Shown here: positions 16,785 to 28,215 of the stretch, piece after piece | Layout of the letters: each line of letters begins with the position of its first letter | Position numbering within the stretch: the stretch's first letter is position 1 | Assembly: GCA_036502545.1 (NCBI GenBank) | Contig: DASXYH010000219.1 | Span: 1-39,583 of the forward strand | Reading direction: 5' to 3' | DNA from: Spongiibacteraceae bacterium | GTDB lineage: Bacteria > Pseudomonadota > Gammaproteobacteria > Pseudomonadales > CAMLJR01 | DNA: 39,583 nucleotides | Made by a program: the position numbers and the translations under genes | The notes under the pieces: generated by a model | What the model was told of the DNA's origin: nothing | Database searches by the model: none | What the model saw: only the letters and a program-made list of their open reading frames with translations

Positions 16785-17546
16785 TTAGTTGCCAGCGGTT
16801 TCGTATCCTAAGTCATGGATGATAGCAATGGCTTCGTCGGACTTCAGGAATGTCAGAAAAGTTTCTGCCGCCTTGGCATTATTGGATTTCAATAGTACCG
16901 CACCTTGCTCGATCGGTTTATGCAGCGTAGCCGGAACTACCCAATAACTGCCGCGCTCAGCTGGCGCTAATGATTTAACTTGCGCCAACGCGATAAAACC
17001 CAGCGGCACATTGCCGCTGTCGATGAACTGCTGCGTTTGCGCGATGTTTTCGCCAACGACGAATTTTGGCTGCAATCGATCGAGCAGTTGCATCGCCGTT
17101 AATGTTTCGATGGCAGCTTGGCCATACGGCGCTGTTTTCGCGTTGGCGATCGCGATTTTACCGAATTTATCCGATTTTAAAATCGCGCCTTGATCGTCCA
17201 CGTAATCCGGCGTGCCGCTCCACAGTACCAGTTGCCCGCGCGCATAAATAAAGTATGAGTCTGCAACGGCAATATTTGCGCTGATCAATTTTTGCGGTGT
17301 TTCGGTATCCGCCGACAGAAACACATCGAAGGGCGCGCCATTGTTGATTTGCGCATAAAGCTGACCGGTAGCGCCAAAGCTGGCGAGCAATTTATTGCCG
17401 GTTTTTTTTTCGTATAGCGGTCCGAGTTTTTTTATCGCGGCAGTAAAATTCGCCGCGACCGCCGCTTTGACATCTTCCGCATAGGCCGAAGTTAAAGGCA
17501 TTAGCAGCGCGATGAACACCGCGCCGATCAAATGAAGTTTTTTCAC
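16785..17546 (-). CDS. modA: molybdate ABC transporter substrate-binding protein
   Basis: The signal peptide is MKKLHLIGAVFIALLMPLTSAYA. The ModA-like core is AAANFTAAIKKL...FGATGQLYAQINNGAPFDVFLSAD. Confidence 0.9.
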   Translation of the reverse strand: MKKLHLIGAVFIALLMPLTSAYAEDVKAAVAANFTAAIKKLGPLYEKKTGNKLLASFGATGQLYAQINNGAPFDVFLSADTETPQKLISANIAVADSYFIYARGQLVLWSGTPDYVDDQGAILKSDKFGKIAIANAKTAPYGQAAIETLTAMQLLDRLQPKFVVGENIAQTQQFIDSGNVPLGFIALAQVKSLAPAERGSYWVVPATLHKPIEQGAVLLKSNNAKAAETFLTFLKSDEAIAIIHDLGYETAGN

Positions 17547-17595
17547 TATCGTTCACTCCAACATTAATAAGCGAATGGCAAGTGCAATGCTTAAA

Positions 17596-18468
17596 TTAAA
17601 TCTGCGTATCGCGGCCGCTCACATCCGGAATAATCGTCCACTCGCCATTCGGAATACGTTGGAAGCCGCCGGCCGCCAAGCCGCCGCCATCGACATGAAT
17701 CGTCGTGCCGTTGACCCAGCTCGATAATTCGGTGGCGAGAAACACCGCAGCGCCAGCGTGATCCTGTGGCTTGCCGAAACGGTTCGACGGCAGCGTGCGG
17801 GTGAGAAATGCAGGCTGGCCGAGCAATTCGCCGCGCGCTTGCGGTTTCAGAATATATTGCAGCGGCACCTGTTCGGAATCGGTTGTTTCCGGTGCGATCG
17901 CGTTGACGCGGATGTTGTCGGGCGCAAGTTCGAGCGCCATCGTGCGCGTGAAACCGGTGATGGCGTGTTTACACGAGGTATAAATCACGTTGTACGGATT
18001 TGCGCGAAATGCCTCGATCGACGAGAAATTAATAATGCTGCCGCCGCGACCGCCGCGACGAATCAGCGGAGTTGCCGCTTTGGTCACCACAAACAATTGC
18101 CGCAGATTGATTTGATACAGCTTGTCCCACTCGTCCTCGGTCATCGCTTCCAGCGTTTTCACGATATTCAAATGGTGGCCGACATTATTCACCAGCACGT
18201 CGAGACGGCCGTAACGCTGGTCGATTTCGCCGATCAACGCATTGACCTGTGCGCTATTGCAAACGTCGGTTTGCGAAACCAGCGCATCGACGCCGGCGGC
18301 CGCGAGATCTTTGCGCAATTGCTCAACTTTGCCGGCATCGATTTCCGCGATGACAACTTTTGCGCCGAGCGCGCCGTAGGCATCGACGATAGCGCGGCCG
18401 ATACCAGCGCCGCCGCCGGTAATTAGGGCGACTTTGTTCTGCAGTGAAATACTGTCTTTGGTTAGCAT
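17596..18468 (-). CDS. SDR-family NAD(P)-dependent oxidoreductase
   Basis: The cofactor motif is TGGGAGIGRA and the catalytic motif is YTSCKHA (YxxxK). 290 aa. Confidence 0.85.
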   Translation of the reverse strand: MLTKDSISLQNKVALITGGGAGIGRAIVDAYGALGAKVVIAEIDAGKVEQLRKDLAAAGVDALVSQTDVCNSAQVNALIGEIDQRYGRLDVLVNNVGHHLNIVKTLEAMTEDEWDKLYQINLRQLFVVTKAATPLIRRGGRGGSIINFSSIEAFRANPYNVIYTSCKHAITGFTRTMALELAPDNIRVNAIAPETTDSEQVPLQYILKPQARGELLGQPAFLTRTLPSNRFGKPQDHAGAAVFLATELSSWVNGTTIHVDGGGLAAGGFQRIPNGEWTIIPDVSGRDTQI

Positions 18469-18514
18469 GATATGTCGCTCCGCTTAATGGCTGTTATCGA
18501 TTAGAAACTATTAT

Positions 18515-18789
18515 GGAAATTCTGATTAAGTGTTTTTGTTAGCCCGGCCCTTGCACCATTCTTGCAGCGGGGTGGCGCCGTTGGGGGTTCTCTTTTTCAG
18601 GACTTCCGTTGCGAGCATTCCGAAAGCTTCGATGTAGTCGGCCTAGCGGAATTCGACGACTTCTCCGCTGACGAATGGCACCGCGGCTTCGTTTAGATCA
18701 CCTTCTTGTCCTGAAAAAGAGAACCCCCAACGGCGCCTCATGTTCTGCTACAAGGTGCCATAAAAAGAAAACACTTAATCAGAGTTTCC
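18515..18789 (-). mobile_element. MITE-like structured repeat, copy B (275 bp, inverted relative to copy A)
   Basis: TIRs are ggaaattctgattaagtgttttt (18515-18537) and aaaacacttaatcagagtttcc (18768-18789). The element is flanked by direct TTAT (18511-18514 and 18790-18793). The inner 30-nt inverted repeat, 18574-18603 vs 18708-18737, is perfectly complementary. The core is the reverse complement of the copy A core. Confidence 0.85.
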
Positions 18790-18852
18790 TTATCAATTAG
18801 TGACTGCTATCGATTATGTTGATGTTTGTACGTTGAATATTTTTCAACAAAA

Positions 18853-19743
18853 TTATTTATTAAAAAAACGACCGATGACTTGCAGTGTTGCCGGCACGGC
18901 GTCCGTTTCGCGCACGCACCAGCCCAATCCCAGATTGATCATCGTCACGCCCATTGCCTGCAGACGTTCAACCGGTTCGCAGGTGGCTTCGAGATCGAAT
19001 TTGCCGCTGCTATTGAAACTGGGGAACAACGAGTGACGTACTTGCAGTTCGTCGGGATTGCGGCCGCGTGCGCAAAAGGCCTCGCGAATCAGCGCAATGC
19101 CTTTGCTCAATTCCGCTTCCGGTAAAAATAACGGCACCCAGCCGTGACCGAATTCGGCGATACGTTTTGCAGTGACCGCAGTCGGCGCGCCGCCGTACCA
19201 AATCGGCAGTGGCTTTTGCACCGGTGTCGGCACCGCGAGCACATTGTTGAGTTCGACCGTATCGAGTTTCAGCGTCACGCGCTCGCCGGTCCACAATGCC
19301 TGACAGGCGCGGATGGTGTCGTCCATGCGTTTATTGCGATTTTCGAACGGAATGCCGCACGCCTGGTACTCTTCGATTTGCCAGCCGGAGGCGATACCGA
19401 TATCGACGCGGCCGTTGGAAATGCGATCGAGCGTCGCGAGTTGTTTCGCCAGCAGTGCGGGTGGACGCAGCGGCGCTATCAATATGCCGGTGCCCAGGCG
19501 CATGCGTTTAGTTACCGCCGCGATAGCTGCGAGCGAGGTAATCGGTTCCGGCCAGGGCTCATCGAGCGGCGCAGGATATTTGCCGAATGGATACGACTCG
19601 CCATCGCCCATCAATAAATGCTCGGCGATATCCAGTTGATGAATGCCGGCATCCTCGGCCCAGCGCGCGAGATCGAGTATCCGCGAAAAATCGTGTCCGT
19701 ACAGCAGGTTGTATTCCGAAGTAAGAGTGATCGATATCTTCAT
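18853..19743 (-). CDS. luciferase-like (LLM class) flavin/F420-dependent oxidoreductase
   Basis: Segments such as GRVDIGIASGW and LPIWYGG and the overall length fit LLM TIM-barrel oxidoreductases. I prefer ATG 19743 (MKISITL). The track start at 19776 is a TTG. Confidence 0.6.
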   Translation of the reverse strand: MKISITLTSEYNLLYGHDFSRILDLARWAEDAGIHQLDIAEHLLMGDGESYPFGKYPAPLDEPWPEPITSLAAIAAVTKRMRLGTGILIAPLRPPALLAKQLATLDRISNGRVDIGIASGWQIEEYQACGIPFENRNKRMDDTIRACQALWTGERVTLKLDTVELNNVLAVPTPVQKPLPIWYGGAPTAVTAKRIAEFGHGWVPLFLPEAELSKGIALIREAFCARGRNPDELQVRHSLFPSFNSSGKFDLEATCEPVERLQAMGVTMINLGLGWCVRETDAVPATLQVIGRFFNK

Positions 19744-19785
19744 TATTGAAATCTGCGTGGGAGGGCGGTGCGCCAATCTAGCTAG

Positions 19786-19813
19786 CCGGACAAATTATGT
19801 CAATAATGTCCGG
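19786..19813. promoter_or_regulatory. candidate TetR operator (7-bp inverted repeat)
   Basis: The sequence is CCGGACAaattatgtcaataaTGTCCGG, in the 127-bp divergent intergenic region between the LLM gene and the TetR gene. Confidence 0.35.
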
Positions 19814-19814
19814 C

Positions 19815-19847
19815 CGGTGTTGGCTTGGCTCGGTGTTGGGCTTGACT
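19815..19847. repeat. tandem 16/17-nt direct repeat
   Basis: cggtgttggcttggct (19815-19830) is followed directly by cggtgttgggcttgact (19831-19847) and then cggt. It lies just upstream of the TetR start. Confidence 0.6.
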
Positions 19848-19870
19848 CGGTAGCGGTAATCTCCGTTAGC

Positions 19871-20509
19871 ATGCGAGTTCTTTTTTTTCGGAAAATTTCG
19901 TTGCCCAAATTTAAATTAGATAAACGCGACAGCGCCGATGCTCGCACTCGTATTCTCGATGCGGCCGCTAAAGCGTTTGTCGCGCATGGTTACAGTCATA
20001 CGCGACTGTCGGAAATTGCAAAAATCGCCGGCGTATCGCGCTCCACGCTTTACGAGAATTTTCCCGGTAAAGAGCAATTGCTGGTAGCGATCAACCATCA
20101 GGTTATTGCCGAAAGTCTTGCGGTTGCGCGCGATACCTTGCATGCAGGACCGAGTGCTGCCGAAGCGATACGTCTTTGGCTGCGAACCAGCGTGTTGCTG
20201 ACCGATCGCTATCGCACGCTGCTCAAAATCATGCATTCCGACGAAGTCCAGCCAAGTTTATTAATCGATCGCGAAGCGACCATGCAGTCGATCAGCGATG
20301 CGCAAAAATGGGTGCGGCAGGTGTTGCGGCGCGGGATTAAAAGCGGCGAGCTGCGCGCGGACATTTCCATCAATCGAACTGCGCACAGTTTGCAGAGCAT
20401 TCATTATTTATTGACGAAGCAGGCGGCGGCCGATTATCCGCTGTTCGAGTTTGGCGCCGATGCCGGCGAATTGGCGATCGATTTGGTGATTCGCGGTTTG
20501 CAGGGCTGA
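19871..20509 (+). CDS. TetR/AcrR family transcriptional regulator
   Basis: The N-terminal HTH is RILDAAAKAFVAHGYSHTRLSEIAKIAGVSRSTLYENFPGKEQLL. The start is taken at ATG 19871. The longer track ORF (19643) overlaps the divergent LLM gene. Confidence 0.85.
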   Translation: MRVLFFRKISLPKFKLDKRDSADARTRILDAAAKAFVAHGYSHTRLSEIAKIAGVSRSTLYENFPGKEQLLVAINHQVIAESLAVARDTLHAGPSAAEAIRLWLRTSVLLTDRYRTLLKIMHSDEVQPSLLIDREATMQSISDAQKWVRQVLRRGIKSGELRADISINRTAHSLQSIHYLLTKQAAADYPLFEFGADAGELAIDLVIRGLQG

Positions 20510-20637
20510 GGTTTACAGAGACAGGCGGGTATGCTGAAATGCGCGCCTCCTCGATTGCCTCGCGGTGATCGCAATTAACTCTTTATGTTTCTTCATGTGG
20601 CCTTTGGTAGCGGTCACCACTGAATAAGGAAACCATC

Positions 20638-22569
20638 ATGCCGGCGATTACTCTTCCCGATGGCAGTCAGCGTCAATTCGCTGCGCCAGTCACCGTCGCT
20701 CAAGTTGCCGCCGATATCGGTCCCGGTTTAGCCAAGGCCGCATTGGCCGGACGTGTCGACGGCAAATTGGTCGATACCAGTTTTGTTATCGATCGCGATG
20801 TCCAGCTCGGTATCGTTACCGAGCGCGATGCCGATGGACTCGAAGTCATTCGCCATTCGACCGCGCATTTGTTGGCGATGGCGGTGCAGGAGTTATTTCC
20901 CGGCGCGCAGGTCACTATCGGTCCTGTTATTGAAGACGGTTTCTATTACGATTTTGCCTATGAGCGCGCTTTCACGCCGGAAGATCTCGAAAAAATCGAA
21001 CAGCGCATGGCGGAAATTGCGCAGCGCGATTTGCCGGTGCAACGCGTTGTTGTTACGCGCGATGAAGCCGTGGCAGCATTCAATAAGCTCGGCGAAAAAT
21101 ATAAAGTACAAATCATTCAGGACTTGCCTGCGGCGGATGAAATTTCGATTTACAAGCAAGGCGAGTGGATGGATTTGTGCCGTGGCCCGCACGTGCCGAG
21201 CACCGGCAAATTAAAAGCATTCAAGCTCACTAAAGTGGCAGGGGCGTATTGGCGTGGCGATTCGAAAAACGCCATGCTGCAGCGCATCTACGGCACCGCG
21301 TGGGCCAATCCAAAAGATTTAAAAGCGTATTTGCATCGTATCGAAGAAGCCGAGAAACGCGATCACCGCAAAGTCGGCAAGAAGCTCGGGCTGTTTCATA
21401 CGCAGGAAGAAGCGCCCGGCATGGTGTTCTGGCATCCGAAAGGCTGGACGATTTATAAAACAATCGAGCAGTACATGCGCGAACAACAGCAGCGTCATCG
21501 CTATCAGGAAATTCGCACGCCGCAGGTCGTCGATATCGATTTATGGCAGCGTTCCGGTCATGCCGATAAATACGGCAGCAACATGTTCACGCTGCAAATC
21601 GAAGAGCGCGCGTATGCGGTTAAACCAATGAACTGTCCCTGCCATGTGCAAGTGTTTAACCAAGGTTTGAAAAGTTATCGCGATCTGCCGCTGCGTCTTG
21701 CGGAATTCGGTTCGTGTCATCGTTACGAGCCGTCGGGTTCGCTGCACGGCATCATGCGCGTGCGCGGTTTTACGCAGGACGACGCGCATATTTTCTGCAC
21801 CGAAGATCAGATTCAACCCGAGGTCGCGCGCTTTATCGATTTCTTGCATGCGGTATACGCGGACTTTGGTTTTACCGAAGTTATTTATCGTTTATCGACG
21901 CGCCCGGAAAATCGCGTTGGCAGCGATGAAGATTGGGATAAAGCCGAGAAAGCGCTCGCCGATGCGCTCGACAGCAAAGATTTGCCGTGGCAGGAGCTGC
22001 CGGGTGAGGGCGCGTTTTATGGTCCGAAGATTGAGTTTTCGCTGAAAGATTGCATTGGTCGTGTGTGGCAATTGGGCACTATTCAAGTCGATTTTTCCAT
22101 GCCGGGACGGCTCGATGCGCAATATATCGCCGAGGATGGATCGCGCCGGGTTCCGGTTATGCTGCATCGTGCCATCCTCGGTTCATTCGAGCGTTTCATC
22201 GGGATTTTGATCGAACATTACGAAGGTGCGTTCCCGACTTGGCTCGCGCCGGTACAGGCCGTGGTGCTCAATATCACCGACAATCAGGCCCAATATGGGC
22301 AAAAACTCGAAGAAACCTTGCAAAACAACGGTTTTCGGGTCGAGGCTGACTTGAGAAATGAGAAGATCGGCTTTAAAATCCGCGAGCACACAATTCAGAA
22401 GGTTCCCTATCTGCTCGTAGTGGGCGATCGGGAAGTCGAAACACAAACCATGGCCGTGCGCACACGCAGTGGTGAGGATCTTGGTTCCATGAGCCTAGAG
22501 GCTTGCTTGGAACTCCTCGCCGGGGACGTATCGCGCCGCGGTCGTGGGCCATTAGTTTCTACAAGCTGA
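20638..22569 (+). CDS. thrS: threonine--tRNA ligase
   Basis: 643 aa. The N-terminal TGS domain is [14 protein letters not shown], and class II motifs are present (e.g. [12 protein letters not shown]-like [14 protein letters not shown]). It sits in the conserved thrS-infC-rpmI-rplT order. Confidence 0.97.
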   Translation: MPAITLPDGSQRQFAAPVTVAQVAADIGPGLAKAALAGRVDGKLVDTSFVIDRDVQLGIVTERDADGLEVIRHSTAHLLAMAVQELFPGAQVTIGPVIEDGFYYDFAYERAFTPEDLEKIEQRMAEIAQRDLPVQRVVVTRDEAVAAFNKLGEKYKVQIIQDLPAADEISIYKQGEWMDLCRGPHVPSTGKLKAFKLTKVAGAYWRGDSKNAMLQRIYGTAWANPKDLKAYLHRIEEAEKRDHRKVGKKLGLFHTQEEAPGMVFWHPKGWTIYKTIEQYMREQQQRHRYQEIRTPQVVDIDLWQRSGHADKYGSNMFTLQIEERAYAVKPMNCPCHVQVFNQGLKSYRDLPLRLAEFGSCHRYEPSGSLHGIMRVRGFTQDDAHIFCTEDQIQPEVARFIDFLHAVYADFGFTEVIYRLSTRPENRVGSDEDWDKAEKALADALDSKDLPWQELPGEGAFYGPKIEFSLKDCIGRVWQLGTIQVDFSMPGRLDAQYIAEDGSRRVPVMLHRAILGSFERFIGILIEHYEGAFPTWLAPVQAVVLNITDNQAQYGQKLEETLQNNGFRVEADLRNEKIGFKIREHTIQKVPYLLVVGDREVETQTMAVRTRSGEDLGSMSLEACLELLAGDVSRRGRGPLVSTS

Positions 22570-22628
22570 TAGAGTTTCTAAAAACTAATAGTTTCGAAAA
22601 CTGAATTTTCGAAAAATTAACTGGAGAA

Positions 22629-23189
22629 GTGACAATCAAACGCGAGATCAAGGCCACCGGCGGCAAAACAACAGAGAAAGAAAAGCGGGTATTGATGAAT
22701 GAAGACATTCGCGCCCGCGAAGTTCGTTTAATCGGTTTTGACGGTAGCCAGGTGGGTATCGTCCCGCTCGCGGAAGCGATCGCCGCTGCGGAGGCTGCCG
22801 GAGTAGATCTGGTGCAGATAGCCGATGCGGATCCGGTAGTCTGCAAGGTGATGGACTACAACAAATTTATCTACGAGGCCAAAAAGCAGCAGAACGAGGC
22901 CAAGAAAAAGCAAGTTCGCACGCAAGTTAAAGAAATGAAGTTTCGACCAGGGACGGAAGAAGGGGATTATCAGGTCAAGCTACGCAACCTGATACGTTTC
23001 CTAGAGCACGGGGACAAGGCCAAGGTCACGCTGCGATTTCGCGGTCGTGAACTGGCGCACCAGGAAATCGGCATGGAGCTGTTGAAGCGGGTTGAAGCTG
23101 ACCTTGCAGAGATGAGCAGTGTCGAGCAATTTCCGAAAATGGAAGGTCGTCAATTGACGATGGTGTTGGCCCCGAAAAAGAAAAAGTGA
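22629..23189 (+). CDS. infC: translation initiation factor IF-3 (start codon ambiguous)
   Basis: It is near-collinear with E. coli IF3 ([13 protein letters not shown]...[38 protein letters not shown]). Candidate starts are GTG 22629, only 2 nt after GGAGAA, and in-frame ATC 22635, 8 nt after GGAG. Confidence 0.93.
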   Translation: MTIKREIKATGGKTTEKEKRVLMNEDIRAREVRLIGFDGSQVGIVPLAEAIAAAEAAGVDLVQIADADPVVCKVMDYNKFIYEAKKQQNEAKKKQVRTQVKEMKFRPGTEEGDYQVKLRNLIRFLEHGDKAKVTLRFRGRELAHQEIGMELLKRVEADLAEMSSVEQFPKMEGRQLTMVLAPKKKK

Positions 23190-23241
23190 TCGTCTGGCAG
23201 TGATCGCTTTACATTTATCATCCAATGCGGAGTACGACAAA

Positions 23242-23436
23242 ATGCCAAAAATGAAAACCCATAGCGGGGCGAAGAAGCGCTTCCAGAAAACGGCGGCCGG
23301 CTTCAAGCACAAACACGCTAACAAGAGCCACATCCTCACCAAGATGACGACCAAGCGCAAGCGTCAGCTGCGCGGTACCAACACTGTTCATGCGACCGAT
23401 GTTGGTCGTGTTGAACGTATGTTGGCAGGTCAGTAA
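23242..23436 (+). CDS. rpmI: 50S ribosomal protein L35
   Basis: The sequence [34 protein letters not shown] is the canonical L35. ATG 23242 follows GGAG. The track ORF start at 23200 is an upstream extension. Confidence 0.95.
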   Translation: MPKMKTHSGAKKRFQKTAAGFKHKHANKSHILTKMTTKRKRQLRGTNTVHATDVGRVERMLAGQ

Positions 23437-23488
23437 TCGGTCTCATCAATTTCGAGGAATAGCTGAACAGCTATCGAGGAAAAATTAA

Positions 23489-23845
23489 ATGGCTCGTGTA
23501 AAACGTGGTGTGACCGCGCGTCGCCGTCACAAAAAAATTCTGAAATTAGCGAAAGGTTACTACGGTGCCCGTTCGCGTACCTTCCGTGTCGCTAAGCAGG
23601 CTGTTATCAAAGCCGGACAATACGCTTACCGCGATCGTCGTCAACGCAAGCGCCAATTCCGCGCATTGTGGATCGTGCGTATCAACGCCGCTTCGCGTGC
23701 GAGTGGTCTTGGCTATAGCCGTTTGATCGCCGGTTTGCGCAAGGCGAATATCGGTCTCGACCGCCGCGTATTGGCCGATCTGGCGGTACACGACAAGCCA
23801 ACTTTTGCTGCGATTGTCGAACAAGCAAAGGCAGCCTTGGCGTAA
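23489..23845 (+). CDS. rplT: 50S ribosomal protein L20
   Basis: The sequence [30 protein letters not shown] is the canonical L20. Confidence 0.97.
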   Translation: MARVKRGVTARRRHKKILKLAKGYYGARSRTFRVAKQAVIKAGQYAYRDRRQRKRQFRALWIVRINAASRASGLGYSRLIAGLRKANIGLDRRVLADLAVHDKPTFAAIVEQAKAALA

Positions 23846-23896
23846 CGGTCACTGAGTTGGTGACATCGGCAACGATCAATGTTGTCGACAAAGTAA

Positions 23897-23926
23897 GGGA
23901 AAGGGCTGTGGCTCTTTCCCTTTTTT
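23897..23926 (+). terminator. intrinsic terminator between rplT and pheS
   Basis: A 10-bp stem, gggaaagggc (23897-23906) / gctctttccc (23911-23920), contains one G-U pair. The loop is tgtg and the stem is followed by TTTTTT (23921-23926). Confidence 0.75.
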
Positions 23927-23958
23927 GTTGCCGAACTTTATTGATGAAATCCGATTGA

Positions 23959-24999
<1,041 letters not shown>

Positions 25000-25043
25000 C
25001 CGGTACATTTACAATGGATACTTTAAGAGTAGAGTCTAGATAG

Positions 25044-27419
25044 ATGAAATTTAATGAATTATGGCTGCGCGAATGGGTTAATCCGGCGCTTTCGACGGAG
25101 GCGCTTTCGGCCCAGCTGACGATGGCGGGTCTGGAAGTCGATGCAATAATGCCGGTCGCCAGCGCTTTTTCCGGTGTTGTCGTCGCTGAGATCATCGCGA
25201 TATCGCCGCACCCGGATGCCGATAAGCTATGCGTCTGCCAAGTTAACGGTGGGGGCGAAACGGTACAGGTAGTATGCGGCGCGGCAAACGCGCGGCAGGG
25301 ATTGAAAATGCCCTTCGCGCAAATCGGTGCGCTATTACCCGGCGATTTCACCATCAAAAAAGCGAAATTGCGAGGTGTCGAATCGTTCGGCATGTTATGC
25401 GCCGCCGCCGAGTTGGGTTTGGCCGAGCAATCCGAAGGCTTGCTTGAGCTGCCTGCCGATGCGCCGGTCGGCATCGATTTGCGCAATTATTTGCAACTCG
25501 ATGACAACGAAATCGAACTCGGTGTGACGCCGAATCGGGCCGATTGTTTGAGTCTTGCCGGATTGGCGCGCGAGGTGGGGGCGCTAAACGAATTACTCGT
25601 TAATGCACCGAACACAAGTCCTGCTGCAGCGACTATTGCCGATGTCTTGCCAATTGCAATTGAAGCGGGCGAAGACTGCCCGCGTTATGTCGGACAAATC
25701 ATTCGCAATGTTGATTTGAGCCGGTCGGTGCCGCAATGGCTGACTGAGCGGTTGCGGCGCTGCGGCGTGCGCAGCATCGATCCGGTAGTCGATGTGACTA
25801 ATTATGTGATGCTTGAATTGGGGCAGCCACTGCACGCATTCGATTTAGACAAGCTTAAGGGCGGTATCCGCGTGAGGTTGGCAGAGGCGGGTGAATTACT
25901 GCAGACGCTGGATGGCCAGGAGCTGAAATTGCGGCCCGATACGTTGGTGATCGCCGATCAGGTTAACGCACTGGCGCTGGCCGGTATCATGGGTGGTAAA
26001 TCTTCGGCGGTGAGTGCCGGTACGCAGCATATTTTTTTGGAGTCAGCGTTCTTCGCGCCGCACCGCATCGCCGGGCGCGCACGTTCGTATGGCTTGCACA
26101 CCGAATCGTCGCATCGCTATGAGCGCGGCGTGGATTATCAATTACAAGTGCGAGCCATCGAACGTGCTACGCAACTGATCCTGGCCATTGCCGGTGGCCA
26201 ACCGGGACCGGTGGTTGAGAAGATCTCTGCGGCGCTGCCGCGTCCGGCTGAAATCACATTGCGTAGAACGAAAATCGCGCAGCTGCTCGGAGTCGAGATC
26301 GCCGATGTACAGGTCGAATCGATTCTGCGTGGGCTCGGGCTTGAAGTTGTTCGCAGTGGCGACAGTTGGCATGCCACGGTGCCCAGTTGGCGTTTCGATT
26401 TAACCCTCGAAGTCGATTTGATCGAAGAGCTGGCGCGCATTTACGGTTATTCGCGGTTACCCGTGCGCTCGGTGCATTCCTCGTTGCCGCTGCAGCCGCG
26501 TCCCGAGCGCAGCCTTAATCAATCGGCGTTGCGTCAGGTATTGGTCGCGCGCGGCTATCAAGAAGTGATTACGTATTCGTTCGTCGACCCCAAAATGCAA
26601 ACATTATTGGCGCCGGACCAAGCAGTGGTGGAGTTACACAATCCGATTTCCGGCGACATGTCGGTGATGCGGACGACGCTGTGGTCGGGTCTGCTCAATG
26701 CACTAACTCGTAATCTGAACCGACAACAACAGCGCGTGCGTCTATTCGAAACTGGCTTGCGCTTCTTGCCGGCCGGCAACGATCTGCCAGTGCAGGAAAA
26801 AATGCTGGCCGCCGTGATAACCGGACGGCGCTATCCCGAAGCCTGGAGCGCAGGCAGCGATGTTGTGGATTTCTATGATATCAAGGGCGATCTCGAGGCA
26901 TTGTTTGAGGCAGCGCGCGTTGCGGGTGAAATAAAATTCGCAGCCGGCTCACACCCGGCATTGCATCCCGGGCAATGTGCCGCCTTATTTAAAGCGGGAG
27001 TGCAGGTCGGCCATTTAGGTGCCCTGCATCCCGAGCTACAACACCAGCTCGACTTGGCGCAGCCGGTGTATTTACTCGAATTAAAACTGTCCACGCTGGA
27101 TGGCGGCGCCTTGCCGAAATTCAGCGAATTATCGAAATTTCCCGAGGTTCGTCGCGATCTCGCCTTAGAGTTCGATCGGCAGTTATCGGTTGCCGAGGTG
27201 CTGGCTGCAGTGCGCGCCGTCGCGGGTGAATTGCTTCGAGACCTCACGCTCTTTGACGTTTATCAAGGCAAAGGTATTGATCCGCAAAGAAAAAGTTTAG
27301 CGTTTGGCTTGACGTTCCAGCATTCATCACGCACTCTTACGGAAGAAGAAATTAATACCGCGGTGGACATCGTGGTTAACGAAATGAAAGCACGCTTTGG
27401 GGCGACTTTAAGGAATTAG
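25044..27419 (+). CDS. pheT: phenylalanine--tRNA ligase beta subunit
   Basis: 791 aa. The N-terminus [14 protein letters not shown] is typical of PheT, and the gene follows pheS. Confidence 0.97.
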   Translation: MKFNELWLREWVNPALSTEALSAQLTMAGLEVDAIMPVASAFSGVVVAEIIAISPHPDADKLCVCQVNGGGETVQVVCGAANARQGLKMPFAQIGALLPGDFTIKKAKLRGVESFGMLCAAAELGLAEQSEGLLELPADAPVGIDLRNYLQLDDNEIELGVTPNRADCLSLAGLAREVGALNELLVNAPNTSPAAATIADVLPIAIEAGEDCPRYVGQIIRNVDLSRSVPQWLTERLRRCGVRSIDPVVDVTNYVMLELGQPLHAFDLDKLKGGIRVRLAEAGELLQTLDGQELKLRPDTLVIADQVNALALAGIMGGKSSAVSAGTQHIFLESAFFAPHRIAGRARSYGLHTESSHRYERGVDYQLQVRAIERATQLILAIAGGQPGPVVEKISAALPRPAEITLRRTKIAQLLGVEIADVQVESILRGLGLEVVRSGDSWHATVPSWRFDLTLEVDLIEELARIYGYSRLPVRSVHSSLPLQPRPERSLNQSALRQVLVARGYQEVITYSFVDPKMQTLLAPDQAVVELHNPISGDMSVMRTTLWSGLLNALTRNLNRQQQRVRLFETGLRFLPAGNDLPVQEKMLAAVITGRRYPEAWSAGSDVVDFYDIKGDLEALFEAARVAGEIKFAAGSHPALHPGQCAALFKAGVQVGHLGALHPELQHQLDLAQPVYLLELKLSTLDGGALPKFSELSKFPEVRRDLALEFDRQLSVAEVLAAVRAVAGELLRDLTLFDVYQGKGIDPQRKSLAFGLTFQHSSRTLTEEEINTAVDIVVNEMKARFGATLRN

Positions 27420-27421
27420 TG

Positions 27422-27724
27422 ATGGCGGCTCTCACCAAAGCCGAGATGGCTGAAAAGCTTTTCGAGGAACTTGGGCTTAACAAGCGCGAAGCGAAAGAGC
27501 TGGTCGAGATTTTTTTCGAAGAAATTCGCACTTGTCTGGAGACCAACGAGCAGGTCAAGCTGTCTGGCTTTGGCAACTTTGATTTGCGCGATAAAAGTCA
27601 GCGGCCGGGACGCAATCCTAAAACCGGCGAAGAAATTCCCATTTCTGCGCGTCGCGTCGTCACGTTTCGTCCCGGTCAAAAATTGAAAGCCAGGGTAGAG
27701 GCCTATGCTGGAACCAAGTCATAA
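27422..27724 (+). CDS. ihfA: integration host factor alpha subunit
   Basis: The sequence is [26 protein letters not shown]...[44 protein letters not shown] 27422 and in-frame GTG 27419 (overlapping the pheT stop) are alternative starts. Confidence 0.95.
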   Translation: MAALTKAEMAEKLFEELGLNKREAKELVEIFFEEIRTCLETNEQVKLSGFGNFDLRDKSQRPGRNPKTGEEIPISARRVVTFRPGQKLKARVEAYAGTKS

Positions 27725-28061
27725 CGACGAGTTGCCGCCGATTCCGGCGAAGCGCTACTTCACCATCGGTGAAGTCAGCGAGCTATGCAGTGTCAAACCG
27801 CATGTGCTGCGTTATTGGGAGCAGGAGTTTCCGCAATTAAAACCCGTTAAACGACGCGGCAACCGCCGCTATTATCAGCGCCAGGATGTGCTGCTGATTC
27901 GGCAAATTCGCAGTTTGTTATATGAGCAGGGTTACACGATCGGCGGTGCACGTCAGCGCATGACCGACGACGCCGATGGCAACGGCGATACGCAATACAA
28001 TCATCTGATTAAGCAAATGATTGTCGAACTCGAAGACGTTTTGAAAGTTTTGCGAAGCTAG
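27705..28061 (+). CDS. MerR-family transcriptional regulator
   Basis: The MerR HTH is [45 protein letters not shown]. The gene overlaps the ihfA 3' end by 20 nt. Confidence 0.85.
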   Translation: MLEPSHNDELPPIPAKRYFTIGEVSELCSVKPHVLRYWEQEFPQLKPVKRRGNRRYYQRQDVLLIRQIRSLLYEQGYTIGGARQRMTDDADGNGDTQYNHLIKQMIVELEDVLKVLRS

Positions 28062-28138
28062 TTCACGCCATCCACTTCCTAGGTTAAGATGGCGCCCCTC
28101 GCGCGCAAGGCGGTTTACAATACTCGCGCAAATCAATT

Positions 28139-28215
<77 letters not shown>

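Noticed and set aside
17758-18426. Long antisense ORFs inside well-supported genes: 17758-18426 in the SDR gene, 23682-24350 and 24235-25008 in pheS, 8782-9417 in the AurF-like/ferredoxin genes, 30332-31198 in the M50 gene
   Set aside because: They lie opposite or out of frame to genes with clear family motifs. Their compositions are Arg/Ala/Cys-biased, as expected for shadow ORFs.
19643-19870. Upstream extension of the TetR ORF
   Set aside because: It overlaps the divergent LLM gene start and the intergenic repeats. The TetR HTH homology begins just after ATG 19871.
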